Source of the DNA: a virus
Direction: 5' to 3' (one strand)
IMG/VR virus record: IMGVR_UViG_3300002334_000124
Span: 1 to 64,000 of that record
DNA: 64,000 bases
This document shows positions 24,512 through 35,309 of this stretch, piece by piece. A model generated the notes under the pieces. The model made no database searches. It had not been told where the DNA came from and was given only the letters and a program-made list of their open reading frames with translations. Position 1 is the stretch's first letter, and the number at the start of each line of letters is the position of its first letter. Both the position numbers and the translations under genes were made by a program.

Positions 24512-24550
24512 ATACTACAATACATCGAAACACTGCCGAAGATTACAAGC

Positions 24551-25303
24551 ATGAGTTCCATTACAGCAGATGTTAAGAAGAAGCACGACCTTCTTCTGGA
24601 ACACAAGCCGTCCGATGCGTCACATGATGCTTCGACTTGTCCAGTGTGTGAGTTGGGAGACGGACCCCTTTCTCTTGCACACGATGACTCTCCACAAGGA
24701 GGTGCAGTACAAATGAGCGAATATACAGAAGAGCAGGTTCAGGCCCGTGTAGCCGAAGCGATCGCACCAATTCAAGCAAAGTTGGATGAAGTCGTTGCGT
24801 CTCAGGACCAAGCCTCAAACGACGCTCGTATCGCAGAGCTGGTCGAAGCCCATGAAGCGGCAGTAGCCGAACTTCAGGCCGAGGTCGATGCTGCTACCGC
24901 TGCTGCTGGATCTGCATCGAAGGCGTACGAGGATCTCGTTGCCTACCTTACAGAAGAGCAGGAGAAGGCAGACGCAAGCGCTGCGTTCGAAGTTCGGAAG
25001 ACTGAGGTTGCTGAGGTTATCGGCGATCGATTCTCTGATGAATACGTCGAAGCAAATGTTAGTCGCTGGGCTTCTCTTGAAGCCGAAGCGTTCGAAGCCC
25101 TTATTGCCGACTGGGAAGCAGCATCAGTTGCATCCAAGGCAGCAGCAAAGGCAAAGTCAGCCACTTCAGCGTCCGCCCCAGTTACTGCCATGACGGCAGG
25201 AGCTGCGTCGAACGATGACGAGGCTCAAGATGTTGCTTCAATCCGCAAGGGATTGCAACTTAACCGCCAGGCAGTACGTGCTGTCGGCGCTCGCACATAC
25301 TAG
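24551..25303 (+). CDS. capsid scaffolding protein
   Basis: Ala/Glu-rich coiled coil before the capsid genes. Confidence 0.65.
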   Translation: MSSITADVKKKHDLLLEHKPSDASHDASTCPVCELGDGPLSLAHDDSPQGGAVQMSEYTEEQVQARVAEAIAPIQAKLDEVVASQDQASNDARIAELVEAHEAAVAELQAEVDAATAAAGSASKAYEDLVAYLTEEQEKADASAAFEVRKTEVAEVIGDRFSDEYVEANVSRWASLEAEAFEALIADWEAASVASKAAAKAKSATSASAPVTAMTAGAASNDDEAQDVASIRKGLQLNRQAVRAVGARTY

Positions 25304-25315
25304 GAGGTATGACAC

Positions 25316-25891
25316 GTGAGTAACTATGGACGCAATTTCGTCCTCACTGTGCCACCTCATGGTCGCGATCGGAAGGGCCGTTTCTATAACGCACAAGGCG
25401 CAGCGATTCCGATCGGTGTTCCAGTTGTAGCAACTGACGGAACGCCAAACGCGTTGGGCCTAGAGCCTGTCACGTTGGCGACTCTGCCTCAGGCTCCTCC
25501 TCTCGCAGGTCGTGGTGGTATCGCAGTCTACGAGTACGGTCCCAACGCATTCGAGGGTACCGATCCGGCCTTAACGGTCGGTAGTGATTTGGACACTGTT
25601 CCAGATACTAACGCAGTTCAGGTTGTTAGTGGGGCCTATATCAAGGTTCTTCTCATCAACACTGCAGCATCATCTCTCTTCCTCAACACACGGACTTACA
25701 CAGGCCGCGTGATGGTAGCAGGGTTGAATGGTGCAACTAGCTCGATTGCAGTAGGGGATTACCTTACTCCGGGCTCAGGAAACGACACCGACGGATACTG
25801 GAATGAAACCACAACTGCTTCTGAAGCATGGATGGTTGTCACGAAGGTAGACGCTGATCGAGATGAGCTTGAAGCTCAGCTCACTTTCTAA
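25316..25891 (+). CDS. head decoration/cement protein
   Basis: synteny between scaffold and MCP; beta-rich, IAVGDYLT motif. Confidence 0.55.
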   Translation: MSNYGRNFVLTVPPHGRDRKGRFYNAQGAAIPIGVPVVATDGTPNALGLEPVTLATLPQAPPLAGRGGIAVYEYGPNAFEGTDPALTVGSDLDTVPDTNAVQVVSGAYIKVLLINTAASSLFLNTRTYTGRVMVAGLNGATSSIAVGDYLTPGSGNDTDGYWNETTTASEAWMVVTKVDADRDELEAQLTF

Positions 25892-25907
25892 GGAGGAGGT
25901 GAACAAA

Positions 25908-26864
25908 ATGGGAACATCCACATACATCGATAACCTCGGTCGCAACAGCGAAGAGCGTGCAAAGATTCAGGCAGAGATCGCAATGGTCAACGCCGATGCA
26001 GAAGAGAACTGGGACGATCCTGCATGGCGTAAGACCATGGCTCAGGAAATGTCAGAGACAATTCTGCAAGGATTCGAGCACGAAAACCTCCTCCAGATTA
26101 TGAGCCAGGTTGAGAATGCACCGTTCAACGGTCGGATTCTGATTAAGGAAGTCCGTGGTCTCCGCGCTCATTGGGTTGCGCGTGGCGGTTACATCGAAGT
26201 TAGCACGTTGCGTTCAAACGTAATGGAGCTTCCTCGGGACACCATCGGATTCCACGTGATGGACTTCGAAGACAAGATTCGGACTAACTTCGCTGAGACT
26301 CAGAGTGACTTGATTACTCTTGGTCAGGAGCGAATGGATGCTGAGGTAAACCTCCGGGTTCTAGCTCTCTTCCAGTCTGCAATCGGTACTGGTTCTGACT
26401 TCTACGTCAGCGGCGCAGGTCTTAGCCTGTCTGCATTGAACACAGCACTTCGTGAGGTTCGTGACGAAAGCAAGGTCAACGAAGTTGTCATTGTTGGTCG
26501 GTCGACTATGACCGATCAGATTATGGACAACCTCCTCGGCGGCTCTTTCAATGGTTCTGGCTTCCTGCCAGAAACTAACGAACAGCTTGTCAAGCGTGGT
26601 GTCTTGGGCGTTTATCGTAACGCTAGGATCCTCACTCTTGTCAACCACAAGGATGACGCTGACATCAGCTTCTTCCCTGCAAACGAACTTTATGTCGTCG
26701 CTCGCGATGCCAGCAAGTTTGCTTTCTGGGGCGGTCTGATGTTCAAGGAGTACAGCGAACTCGACGCTTGGTACTGGCACTACATTGCCCGCCGTGATTT
26801 CGGTGGCGTAGTTCATCGTCCTGAGCGTATGCGCCGGATGGTCGACACTAGCATCTCAGCTTAG
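25908..26864 (+). CDS. major capsid protein
   Basis: strong AAGGAGGAGG RBS, 318 aa, followed by a terminator; C-terminal DFGGVVHRPE. Confidence 0.75.
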   Translation: MGTSTYIDNLGRNSEERAKIQAEIAMVNADAEENWDDPAWRKTMAQEMSETILQGFEHENLLQIMSQVENAPFNGRILIKEVRGLRAHWVARGGYIEVSTLRSNVMELPRDTIGFHVMDFEDKIRTNFAETQSDLITLGQERMDAEVNLRVLALFQSAIGTGSDFYVSGAGLSLSALNTALREVRDESKVNEVVIVGRSTMTDQIMDNLLGGSFNGSGFLPETNEQLVKRGVLGVYRNARILTLVNHKDDADISFFPANELYVVARDASKFAFWGGLMFKEYSELDAWYWHYIARRDFGGVVHRPERMRRMVDTSISA

Positions 26865-26890
26865 TCGATTGATCTAGCGAAATAGCGCTA

Positions 26891-26923
26891 AAAGGGCCCT
26901 CGGTTTCGACCGGGGGTTCTTTC
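26891..26923 (+). terminator. intrinsic terminator
   Basis: AAAGGGCCCTCGGT-TTCG-ACCGGGGGTTCTTT. Confidence 0.8.
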
Positions 26924-27021
26924 GTCGTGCCCCGAACTTTATTCGAATTGCCATGTATTGTCTGGTTAAGCAAGCTACAGTACTGTTTGCATGCAATCTA
27001 CGTAGATCAGGAGAGAGCAGT

Positions 27022-27582
27022 ATGGCAAGCCAATCGAAAGAACAGTGGAAGAATGTGAGCCGTGGCATCGCATTGGTTAACGTGTACGACTCCACCGGGA
27101 ATCGCGTCGACCAGGAAATAGTCCGCTCCGGTCGCACTGTTGTCTTGTCACCCGAAGAGCGACGTCTTCTCAACCAGGATCGCACAGCTAGTGATTCTTT
27201 GGATATTTTCTCTAATGGGGTTTTGAGGCCTCTGTCTTTGGCAGACGACAGCGAAGACCTTTCTGAGAATCCAAATCACATGACCGAGGGTGACATGCGA
27301 GACATTTTCAGCCTCCGTAACCATCTCAAATTTAAGTCTGCTCTGTCTGAAATAGAGTCGGTACCCGTCCTGCAGCGGCTTTTGTTTCTTGTGGATAACG
27401 ACGACGACGAGGGTGATGAGAGTCTAAACCCGACAGTGAAGCAACGTGAGAGCATCGTCACTCGTCTTGACAAACTTCAGGTTCGTGCTGTGGATGTAGT
27501 CGAGGTCACCAATGTTGGCCATGTGAGTGGGAGCTTCGGCGAAGACGAACGCAGTCAGGTGCAACCTTTCCGCTCCGAATAG
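27022..27582 (+). CDS. hypothetical protein
   Basis: AGGAG RBS. Confidence 0.7.
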   Translation: MASQSKEQWKNVSRGIALVNVYDSTGNRVDQEIVRSGRTVVLSPEERRLLNQDRTASDSLDIFSNGVLRPLSLADDSEDLSENPNHMTEGDMRDIFSLRNHLKFKSALSEIESVPVLQRLLFLVDNDDDEGDESLNPTVKQRESIVTRLDKLQVRAVDVVEVTNVGHVSGSFGEDERSQVQPFRSE

Positions 27583-27637
27583 GACGCTGACAGTAATAGA
27601 TCAAATACCTGTGCGGTAGTTGACGAAGGACGCCCCT

Positions 27638-27664
27638 CAAAGAGGGGCTCTTTCGCGTCGATAA
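27638..27664 (+). promoter_or_regulatory. sigma-28-type promoter CAAA-N15-GTCGATAA overlapping a terminator hairpin; leaderless fibre gene
   Basis: ATG 7 nt after the -10. Confidence 0.6.
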
Positions 27665-27671
27665 GAGGTAG

Positions 27672-30600
27672 ATGAATACTGATATTCCACCAGTACTTAA
27701 AGAGATCACTATCTACGAAGCGGCCACTTACTTTAAGGAGTTTGCTGTCGTTGACGTCGACGGCGCCGTCGTAGACATTTCAGGCTGGACAGGTGAAGCT
27801 CTTGCCGTCACTGCTATAGGTGGAGTCCTTCAGGGTACTTTCGAAGTCCACATCGTTGATGGATCAGCTGGCACCTTCTCTTTGTACATGAGCGAGTCAC
27901 AGACAGCTAACATGTCTGTGGGTGTTTACGACGTCATCTTGACCAGCGATGAAGCTACACCTGGTTTGTACGCTGTCAGGCACGGTCCTCTTGATTTCGT
28001 GAGAGAGGCATCCTATAGCAGCGTTGTTGAGGGTGTCCCTCTCCCCGACGTGGAGAGCCTCAACGATCTCACAGACGTAGTACTCGTCACTCCTCTTAGC
28101 GGGCAGGTGTTGTCGTACAATGGCACCACGTGGGTCAATTCTGCAGCCTCAGGCTTGGGTGACATGCTGGCGTCCACTTACGACCCAGCGACAATTGCGG
28201 AGCAACTGGTTGGTCTCACGGCGACTCAGACGTTAACCAACAAGACGCTGACTGCGCCTGTCATCTCCGGGAACCTGACTACTGACGGTCTGATTGACGG
28301 CGTCGATGTCGCTACAGATGTGGCAGCCAACACCGCGAAGGTGACTTACCCTTCAGCTGATAGCACCAAGCTAGCTGGCATCGAAACAGCCGCCGACGTG
28401 ACGGACGAAACTAATGTGGCAGCGACGGCATCAGTCATAGCTAATACCGCGAAAGTCACGAATGCCAATCACACAGGTGAAGTTACTGGTAGTACCGCTC
28501 TGACGGTTGACAAGACGGTTATCTCGGGACAGACTTTGGTCACGGCTGTAGGAGCTGACCATGTACTCATCGGCGACGCATCTAATGCAGACAATCTGAA
28601 GAGGGCACTTGTTTCTGATTTGACTGGTGGTGGTATCGCCAACATTGTCGAGGACGCAACGCCTCAGCTTGGCGGCAACTTGGATGTCAACGGCTTCACT
28701 GTGGACGGCCGCGATCCATCAGTCGACGGAACCAAGCTCGACGCCATTGAAGACAACGCAACAATAGACCAGACGAATGCTGAGATTCGTACCGCCGTAG
28801 AGGCGGCTACAGACAGCAATGTTTTCACCGATAACGACCACACGAAACTGAACGCGATTGAAGCGCTAGCTGATGTAACTGATGTCGCAAACGTCGGAAC
28901 AGCTGGTGCGCCGATAATTTCAGCTGGCGCTGGTGCGCCCTCGTCCACACCCACTAAAGTCGGCGACGTATACGTTGATACGACTGGTGACAACGTATAT
29001 GCGGCAGCTGGTACTGCGTCCTCAGCCGATTGGAAGCAAGCCACTGGAGCGGGCGGTGGAGACTTGCTCGCTGCAAACAACCTGTCCGACGTTGCTAGCG
29101 CTCCGACGTCACGGACCAACCTAGGTTTGGCAATCGGATCTGACGTACAAGCTCACGACGCCGTGCTTGACGCTACGACAGCGTCGTTCCTTATCGCTGA
29201 CGAGACCAAGCTAGATGCCATCGAAGCTCTGGCGGACGTCACGGATACAACCAACGTCACTGCTGCTGGCGCACTGATGGATTCAGAAGTTGATGCTGAC
29301 ATAAAGACTCTGGCATTGCCAGCCAACACAACAATTACCGCTGCTGCTGCCACCGTTCTGGACGATGCCACTACGGGGGCCATGCTGACTACCTTGGGTG
29401 GTGCCACAGCAGCTCAGGGCACTACGGCCGATTCGGCGATGCAGGACCTGGTTGATGACGTCACTCCGCAATTGGGTGGCGCTCTAGATGTCAGCGGACA
29501 GTCCATTGTGTCTGTGTCGGCTGGTGACATACCACTAACGCCCGACACTACTGGCAATGTAATCATCGACGGAGTCAAGCATCCACAAGCGGACGGATCA
29601 GCAAATCAGTTGATGAAGACTGATGGCGCAGCACAGCTTGCGTTTGCTGACGTCAACAGTCTTCCGGTTTCCCGTATCTCCGGTAGCACATACAGCACGA
29701 TTCAGCACCTCCAAGACATTTTCCATTCTGTAGGTCTTACTTCAGGTGGTGTGATCACCGACGACGGCGACGGGACCATTACTGTAGCTACTGGTACTGG
29801 AGTAATCAGGGCGACTAACTCAGCTGTAGCGGAAATCCTCTTCTTTGACTGGGCAGCCGAGTCGGGTGTGGCTGTCGCTGTAACTGATAATGCGATGAAC
29901 TACGTTTACGCCGAGTACAACTCGGGGTCTCCACAGGCTGTAGCTACGATCTCAAAGCGCACCGATTTGATGACCAACGTTCTTCTCGGTACTGTTTACC
30001 GAGAGGGCACCGACCTTCATATCACTCTGTCTACAGCTCCTGGGGTAGGCAACCATGCCGCTCAGATGGTACAGAGAATGCACGAGACGTTGCCATTCGC
30101 TCGGGCCTCTGGTGGTGTGCTATCTGAAATTGGCACCCGCAACATTGCGATTTCTGCCGGGTCTTGGTGGGATGGATTAACGAACTTTGCAACCAGCGCT
30201 CTAGACACGAGTGTTGCCGGAACATTCAGATATTTCTACTCTGATGGCTCTGGCGGGTTCACTGAGATCACTGCTCAAACGCAGATCAACAACACTCAGT
30301 ATGATGATGGCTCAGGCAGCTTGGCTACGCTTTCAAATAACAGGTATGGGGCTCACTGGGTCTACGTTTCACAGAATGATGCCTATCTGGTAGTGTTCGG
30401 AACCGTTGATGGGACGCTGTCTGTTGCCGAAGATGCCCCTGAACCTTCGTCATTGCCTCCATTCTTTGCAGAAACACATGCTCGTCTCATTGGCAAGATT
30501 ATCATCCTGAAATCAGCGTCAACGTTCCACTCTACACAGTCGGCGTTTGACCTAACATTCAGCCTACAGACAGCCTCAGATCATGGGGGCCTTGTCGGGC

Positions 30601-32648
30601 TCGGTGATGATGATCATTCACAATACATTCTGGTTGATGGTACTCGTGCACTAACAGGCGACCTCGCTACGTCGGGGACGTTCGATGGTCGCGATGTGGC
30701 GGCTGACGGATCAAAGCTAGACGGCATCGAGACCTCTGCGACTGCCGATCAGACAAATGCTGAGATTCGTACGGCGGTGGAAGCCGCTACTGACAGCAAC
30801 ATCTTCACCGATGCTGAGAATACGAAACTCGGTGCCATCGAAGCTAGCGCTGATGTAACGGATGCTACTAATGTAGCGGCAGCTGGTGCTCCGATTATCA
30901 CAGCCCAGGCAGGAGCGCCTTCGTCGACCCCAGCTACTGAGGGTGATATCAACATAGACACCACAGGTGACCGGGTATACATCGCGACTGGCACCGTGTC
31001 ATCTGCAGATTGGGACCTAGTCCCTATCACTGGTGCGCAGATAAAGGCTCTGTACGAAGCTGAATCTAACGCATTTACGGATACTAAGAACACCAAGCTG
31101 GCAGGTATCGAGACGGCTGCAGACGTAACCGACGAAACCAACGTTGCGGCCACTGCATCGGTAATAGCTAACTCGGCAAAGGTGACCAACGCCAATCATA
31201 CGGGTGACGTCACGGGTTCCACAGCTTTGACTGTTGACAAGACTGCCATTTCTGGGCAGGTTCTTGTTACTGCAGTTGGCACAGACCACGTACTGATTGG
31301 AGATGCGTCTGATACAGATAATCTGAAGAAAGCCTTGGTGTCTGATCTAACGGGTAGTGGTATCGCTAACGTCGTAGAAGACACTTCACCTCAGCTTGGT
31401 GGTCATCTTGACGTTAACGGTCAGGTGATTGGTGACGGTACCCGCGAACTTCTGACTTTCGTCGAAGATGGTTCCGCCGTCAATCACGTGGAGATTGAGA
31501 ATCAAGCAACGGGTAGCGGTCCTATCGTCAGAGCTACGGGTGACGATGCCAATGTCGATCTTCATTTGGACACAAAGGGTACAGGCAACATCAAAGCCGA
31601 CGACGACCTTGATGTCACTGGCAACGTTACGGTCACCGGCACCGTCGATGCACGTGATATCGCGACCGACGGATCAAAGCTAGATGGCATCGAGACTTCG
31701 GCAACGGCCGATCAAACTGACGCCGAAATTCGTACCGCGGTTGAAGCAGCAACTGATAGCAACGTCTTCACAGACAACGACCATACGAAACTGAACGCCG
31801 TAGAAGCGTTAGCGGACGTCACTGACACAACTAACGTGACCTCTGCAGGCGCTCTGATGGATTCTGAAGTCGACGTCGACATCAAGACCCTTGTGCTGCC
31901 AGCGAGTACAACAATTACGGCTGCAGCGGCTACCGTCCTAGACGACGCAACAGTAGCGGCAATGGTTGACACCCTTGGCGGGGCGAGCAGCGGAGGCACA
32001 GGAGGCCTCGCACGTCTTGTGTCTCCGAGCTTCACCACACCGGCCTTGGGGACCCCCAGTGCTGCTGTGTTGACGAACGCAACTGGCACAGCCGCTAGTC
32101 TAACAGTAGGAGCCACTACAGGGGTCGAAGCCGGTGCGGATGTAACAGATACAACCAATGTGACTGCAGCAGGCGCTCTGATGGATTCAGAGGTTGATGC
32201 TGATATCAAGACTTTGGCACTTCCGGCTAATACGACCATCTCGACATTTGGCGCGACGGTAATTGATGACGCCAGTGCCGCAGCAGCTCGCGTGACGCTA
32301 GGTACTGATATCACCTCGGCTAGCGATGTTGATGATCTAACCAAGATCGCTGCTGTCAACTACACCGGCACTACCGACACTCTGGCGCTCACTGACGCTT
32401 TTGCGCTGCTGTACTACAGCAACGCTTCGCAGGTGACGGTCACGATACCAACCAATGCTTCGGTAGCGTTCGCTGTGGGTACCAGGATTTGCTTGATGTC
32501 CACAGGAGCGGGTGGAATCACGCTAACAACTACATCTTTGACTCTGTTGGGATCTTCTCCGAACAAGACAGTCGTTCAGAATGAAGCGTTCTACATTGAG
32601 AAGGTCGCTACGGATACCTGGGCGATCATCGGAGGCACAGCAGCATGA
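27672..32648 (+). CDS. long fibre protein (head or tail fibre) built from repeated modules
   Basis: Ala/Thr/Asp-rich; KL.GIE..ADVTD and D..PQLGG.LDV.G repeats; adaptor-like N-terminus. Confidence 0.75.
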   Translation: MNTDIPPVLKEITIYEAATYFKEFAVVDVDGAVVDISGWTGEALAVTAIGGVLQGTFEVHIVDGSAGTFSLYMSESQTANMSVGVYDVILTSDEATPGLYAVRHGPLDFVREASYSSVVEGVPLPDVESLNDLTDVVLVTPLSGQVLSYNGTTWVNSAASGLGDMLASTYDPATIAEQLVGLTATQTLTNKTLTAPVISGNLTTDGLIDGVDVATDVAANTAKVTYPSADSTKLAGIETAADVTDETNVAATASVIANTAKVTNANHTGEVTGSTALTVDKTVISGQTLVTAVGADHVLIGDASNADNLKRALVSDLTGGGIANIVEDATPQLGGNLDVNGFTVDGRDPSVDGTKLDAIEDNATIDQTNAEIRTAVEAATDSNVFTDNDHTKLNAIEALADVTDVANVGTAGAPIISAGAGAPSSTPTKVGDVYVDTTGDNVYAAAGTASSADWKQATGAGGGDLLAANNLSDVASAPTSRTNLGLAIGSDVQAHDAVLDATTASFLIADETKLDAIEALADVTDTTNVTAAGALMDSEVDADIKTLALPANTTITAAAATVLDDATTGAMLTTLGGATAAQGTTADSAMQDLVDDVTPQLGGALDVSGQSIVSVSAGDIPLTPDTTGNVIIDGVKHPQADGSANQLMKTDGAAQLAFADVNSLPVSRISGSTYSTIQHLQDIFHSVGLTSGGVITDDGDGTITVATGTGVIRATNSAVAEILFFDWAAESGVAVAVTDNAMNYVYAEYNSGSPQAVATISKRTDLMTNVLLGTVYREGTDLHITLSTAPGVGNHAAQMVQRMHETLPFARASGGVLSEIGTRNIAISAGSWWDGLTNFATSALDTSVAGTFRYFYSDGSGGFTEITAQTQINNTQYDDGSGSLATLSNNRYGAHWVYVSQNDAYLVVFGTVDGTLSVAEDAPEPSSLPPFFAETHARLIGKIIILKSASTFHSTQSAFDLTFSLQTASDHGGLVGLGDDDHSQYILVDGTRALTGDLATSGTFDGRDVAADGSKLDGIETSATADQTNAEIRTAVEAATDSNIFTDAENTKLGAIEASADVTDATNVAAAGAPIITAQAGAPSSTPATEGDINIDTTGDRVYIATGTVSSADWDLVPITGAQIKALYEAESNAFTDTKNTKLAGIETAADVTDETNVAATASVIANSAKVTNANHTGDVTGSTALTVDKTAISGQVLVTAVGTDHVLIGDASDTDNLKKALVSDLTGSGIANVVEDTSPQLGGHLDVNGQVIGDGTRELLTFVEDGSAVNHVEIENQATGSGPIVRATGDDANVDLHLDTKGTGNIKADDDLDVTGNVTVTGTVDARDIATDGSKLDGIETSATADQTDAEIRTAVEAATDSNVFTDNDHTKLNAVEALADVTDTTNVTSAGALMDSEVDVDIKTLVLPASTTITAAAATVLDDATVAAMVDTLGGASSGGTGGLARLVSPSFTTPALGTPSAAVLTNATGTAASLTVGATTGVEAGADVTDTTNVTAAGALMDSEVDADIKTLALPANTTISTFGATVIDDASAAAARVTLGTDITSASDVDDLTKIAAVNYTGTTDTLALTDAFALLYYSNASQVTVTIPTNASVAFAVGTRICLMSTGAGGITLTTTSLTLLGSSPNKTVVQNEAFYIEKVATDTWAIIGGTAA

Positions 32649-33322
32649 CTCTACTGATCCCTCTTGGAGGGATACTCCAACAGCAGGGCGCCGCTGAGGC
32701 GGACCCACCTGACTTTCGATCTGTTGCAACAGCACAGATTGACAACTCGGAGACCATTACGATCGGGAAACCCGCAGGCACAGTTCAGAATGACGTTATG
32801 ATTTGCCTCATTGGGACTTCATCTGTTACAGCGACACAGCCGACCCTGGCAGGCTGGACTGAAGTGGGCTCGGGTCTATCGGGTTCTAGTATGTCAGGAG
32901 CTTCTTGGTGCTACTATAGAGTAGCGGGTGCGTCTGAGGGCTCTGATTACACATTTGACGGTTTGAGGTCCACCGACGATTCGTCAGGGTTTATCGCTTC
33001 TCTCACGGGTATAGATACCAGTACTCCGTTTGACGCATTTGGCGCCAGTCAGGGGGGTTCCCCAAACACCACCTCTGTCACTACTGTTGTGAATAACGCC
33101 TATATTGTTGGTCTTACGCATTCAGATAGTTCGGGTGCCCAGTCGTATTCTTCTAGTAGTTTCGATGCCGAACGCCTAGATTTTCGCTTCACGAACAAGG
33201 ATCACATAATGGCTATGTACACGGAAGACGATGCAGGAGCGGCCGGGCTAAAGAACCGGACTGTTGCCTTTACAGGGGGTGGGGCCGGACTTTGGGTGGT
33301 TAGTTTCCAGCCAGCATCATGA
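32645..33322 (+). CDS. virion structural protein (fibre-associated)
   Basis: Ser/Thr/Gly-rich beta protein, ITIGKPAGTVQNDVMI. Confidence 0.55.
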   Translation: MTLLIPLGGILQQQGAAEADPPDFRSVATAQIDNSETITIGKPAGTVQNDVMICLIGTSSVTATQPTLAGWTEVGSGLSGSSMSGASWCYYRVAGASEGSDYTFDGLRSTDDSSGFIASLTGIDTSTPFDAFGASQGGSPNTTSVTTVVNNAYIVGLTHSDSSGAQSYSSSSFDAERLDFRFTNKDHIMAMYTEDDAGAAGLKNRTVAFTGGGAGLWVVSFQPAS

Positions 33323-33708
33323 GTTACGCATTTAGTCTCGATGGAACTACGATCGACAAGGTCTCTGACTCTTTGCCTAGAGAGACCTGGGTGGATACCA
33401 CTACTCCTGGCGGGGTTTCCAAAGGAACCTTTGTTGATCTCACGGAAGCGAACAAGAACAGTTACAACTGGTACTTCTTTGACGATACCGTTGTTCAACC
33501 ATCTCTAGATCATGTGTCCAGAGGTGCGGAACGCGTGGGCAATGAGTTCTCTATTGTTTGGGTGTTTGACCAAGGACTGCAAGACAATCGTTTAGCGAAT
33601 GAGGCGAGGAATACTAAACGACTGTCTGACATATCAGACCTTAGAGCGGGAAGGACAAGTGCTGCCGATTTGAGAGATCTAATGGCGGAGATTCTAGAGG
33701 AACTATGA
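33319..33708 (+). CDS. hypothetical protein (possible fibre chaperone)
   Basis: coupled ORF. Confidence 0.55.
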   Translation: MSYAFSLDGTTIDKVSDSLPRETWVDTTTPGGVSKGTFVDLTEANKNSYNWYFFDDTVVQPSLDHVSRGAERVGNEFSIVWVFDQGLQDNRLANEARNTKRLSDISDLRAGRTSAADLRDLMAEILEEL

Positions 33709-33720
33709 GCTACCTCTGTT

Positions 33721-33747
33721 TGATTTATGCTTCCTGATTGCCGATCT
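33721..33747 (+). promoter_or_regulatory. sigma-28-type promoter TGAT-N15-GCCGATCT
   Basis: upstream of the neck genes. Confidence 0.65.
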
Positions 33748-33763
33748 AATAACAGGAGGAATA

Positions 33764-34276
33764 ATGACTGTCTTTCTTTCGGATCTGGTGTCGTCTCTAA
33801 AACGTGAAGTTCAATCGCCGGGAACAAACACGTATCCGTTAGCCACGGTTGAGGATTGGCAGGGCTATCTGGCCGATGCATTTTGGGAAGTAGCCCTCCT
33901 GGGAATAATCAACATTACCGTCTTCACTGAAGCTGATTACGAGGTCTCCCCTGTTACTAGTGGTGGCGCAGATTTGGGTCGTGACTATCAACAGCTTCTC
34001 GTTCTTTGGGCGGGCGCTAGAGTGGTGTCTGCGAAGATCCTGGAGTACAACTCGACTTTCCGTGCCGTAGCTGGCCCAGTGGAGTTTGAACAGCAGAAGG
34101 CCGCGTCGGTCATGACGGCCGTCCTTGAAGGCATCCAAAAGCGTCTTGCTGCTGTTCTAGAACATCTACCCAACAGCGTGAACACTAATACGATCCAGTA
34201 TTTTGATGTAATCACAGAGCGCACGCTCTACAACCATTCTCCGGCTGACTTTTATAACGGCTTTGTGGGGTACTAG
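33764..34276 (+). CDS. head-tail adaptor (putative)
   Basis: AGGAGG RBS, synteny. Confidence 0.5.
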   Translation: MTVFLSDLVSSLKREVQSPGTNTYPLATVEDWQGYLADAFWEVALLGIINITVFTEADYEVSPVTSGGADLGRDYQQLLVLWAGARVVSAKILEYNSTFRAVAGPVEFEQQKAASVMTAVLEGIQKRLAAVLEHLPNSVNTNTIQYFDVITERTLYNHSPADFYNGFVGY

Positions 34277-34279
34277 GTC

Positions 34280-34762
34280 ATGGAGACTGGCAACCCCCTA
34301 CAAGATGGCTTCGATCCTACCGAGTTTCGCACCGCGATCGAATTTGCCATGGCTATGGGTCTTCCTGGAACTCAGAGTGAACGGATCACTTTTCAGTGGG
34401 ATGATGAGAAAACTTTCGCTGACGCTGATGAACGTGGTAGTCCGTATACCTGGACAGATTCCCCAACATCTACTGTTTCGGCGGTTGATATTCCGTCATC
34501 TTTGACTGTGCCTTGTGCTGTCGAGTTCTCGGCTCGTCGCTCGTCTTCGGGTGATACGATCATAGGTTCTTTTGACGCTTCGGCTATCACCCTCACCCTT
34601 CTGGATACTCAGTATGCGTTGATACGGGACGTTAATCTGCAGCTTCCTAACAAGGTCATTGTGGATGGCAATACTTACGACATCAGTTTCTGGGGTCCTC
34701 CTGTTGGTCTCTTCACTGTGACTGTATATCAGGCTCACGCGCAGGCGCGCGACGAGTCTTAG
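34280..34762 (+). CDS. head closure/stopper (putative)
   Basis: synteny; NKVIVDGNTYDI motif. Confidence 0.5.
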   Translation: METGNPLQDGFDPTEFRTAIEFAMAMGLPGTQSERITFQWDDEKTFADADERGSPYTWTDSPTSTVSAVDIPSSLTVPCAVEFSARRSSSGDTIIGSFDASAITLTLLDTQYALIRDVNLQLPNKVIVDGNTYDISFWGPPVGLFTVTVYQAHAQARDES

Positions 34763-34770
34763 GAGTAAGG

Positions 34771-35298
34771 ATGACTATTGTAGGCGGTCTTAGGACCAGA
34801 CTTCTTTTCGACTCGTTGTACAACGAGATAGAGAGAGCGTTGACAGCCCTCGGATGGTTCGACTCTGGTCGTCAGCATCTTCCAATCAATTTCATCAACG
34901 AACCGGTGGATGAGAAAGAAGAAGTTGCTTTTAACACGCTTGTTCTTTATGCGGAAGATGGAGACACCCGCCAGGAAGAGATGGGTAGCGACCTGTCCGA
35001 GCACAGACGTACGTTCTACTTAGACTTCTACGCCGAGAACATCTCGGTGGGGGAGCATTTGATCTTTGATTGTCAGGCGATTCTCGAAGGTCGTATGAGT
35101 TCGGTCGGTCGTTCCTCTCATTTCTTTGACATCTTCGATTATCAGCAGGCTACACCTCCTGTAATCGCTAGTGCAGAGATTGGCGAGGACGTAATCATCG
35201 ATCGAGCCATCACGTACAGTTTTCCGTGGCAGAAGCATTGGTATAGCTGCCAGTTCACTGTTTCGGATTTCTATGGAACGGAAGACGATGACGCATAG
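34771..35298 (+). CDS. tail terminator (putative)
   Basis: synteny; FYLDFYAE motif. Confidence 0.5.
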   Translation: MTIVGGLRTRLLFDSLYNEIERALTALGWFDSGRQHLPINFINEPVDEKEEVAFNTLVLYAEDGDTRQEEMGSDLSEHRRTFYLDFYAENISVGEHLIFDCQAILEGRMSSVGRSSHFFDIFDYQQATPPVIASAEIGEDVIIDRAITYSFPWQKHWYSCQFTVSDFYGTEDDDA

Positions 35299-35309
35299 GA
35301 GCGTGGGTA

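Noticed and set aside
27672-32648. Diversity-generating retroelement TR/VR pair
   Set aside because: The repeats are in-frame protein modules with mostly synonymous, not adenine-specific, differences, and no reverse transcriptase is in the window.
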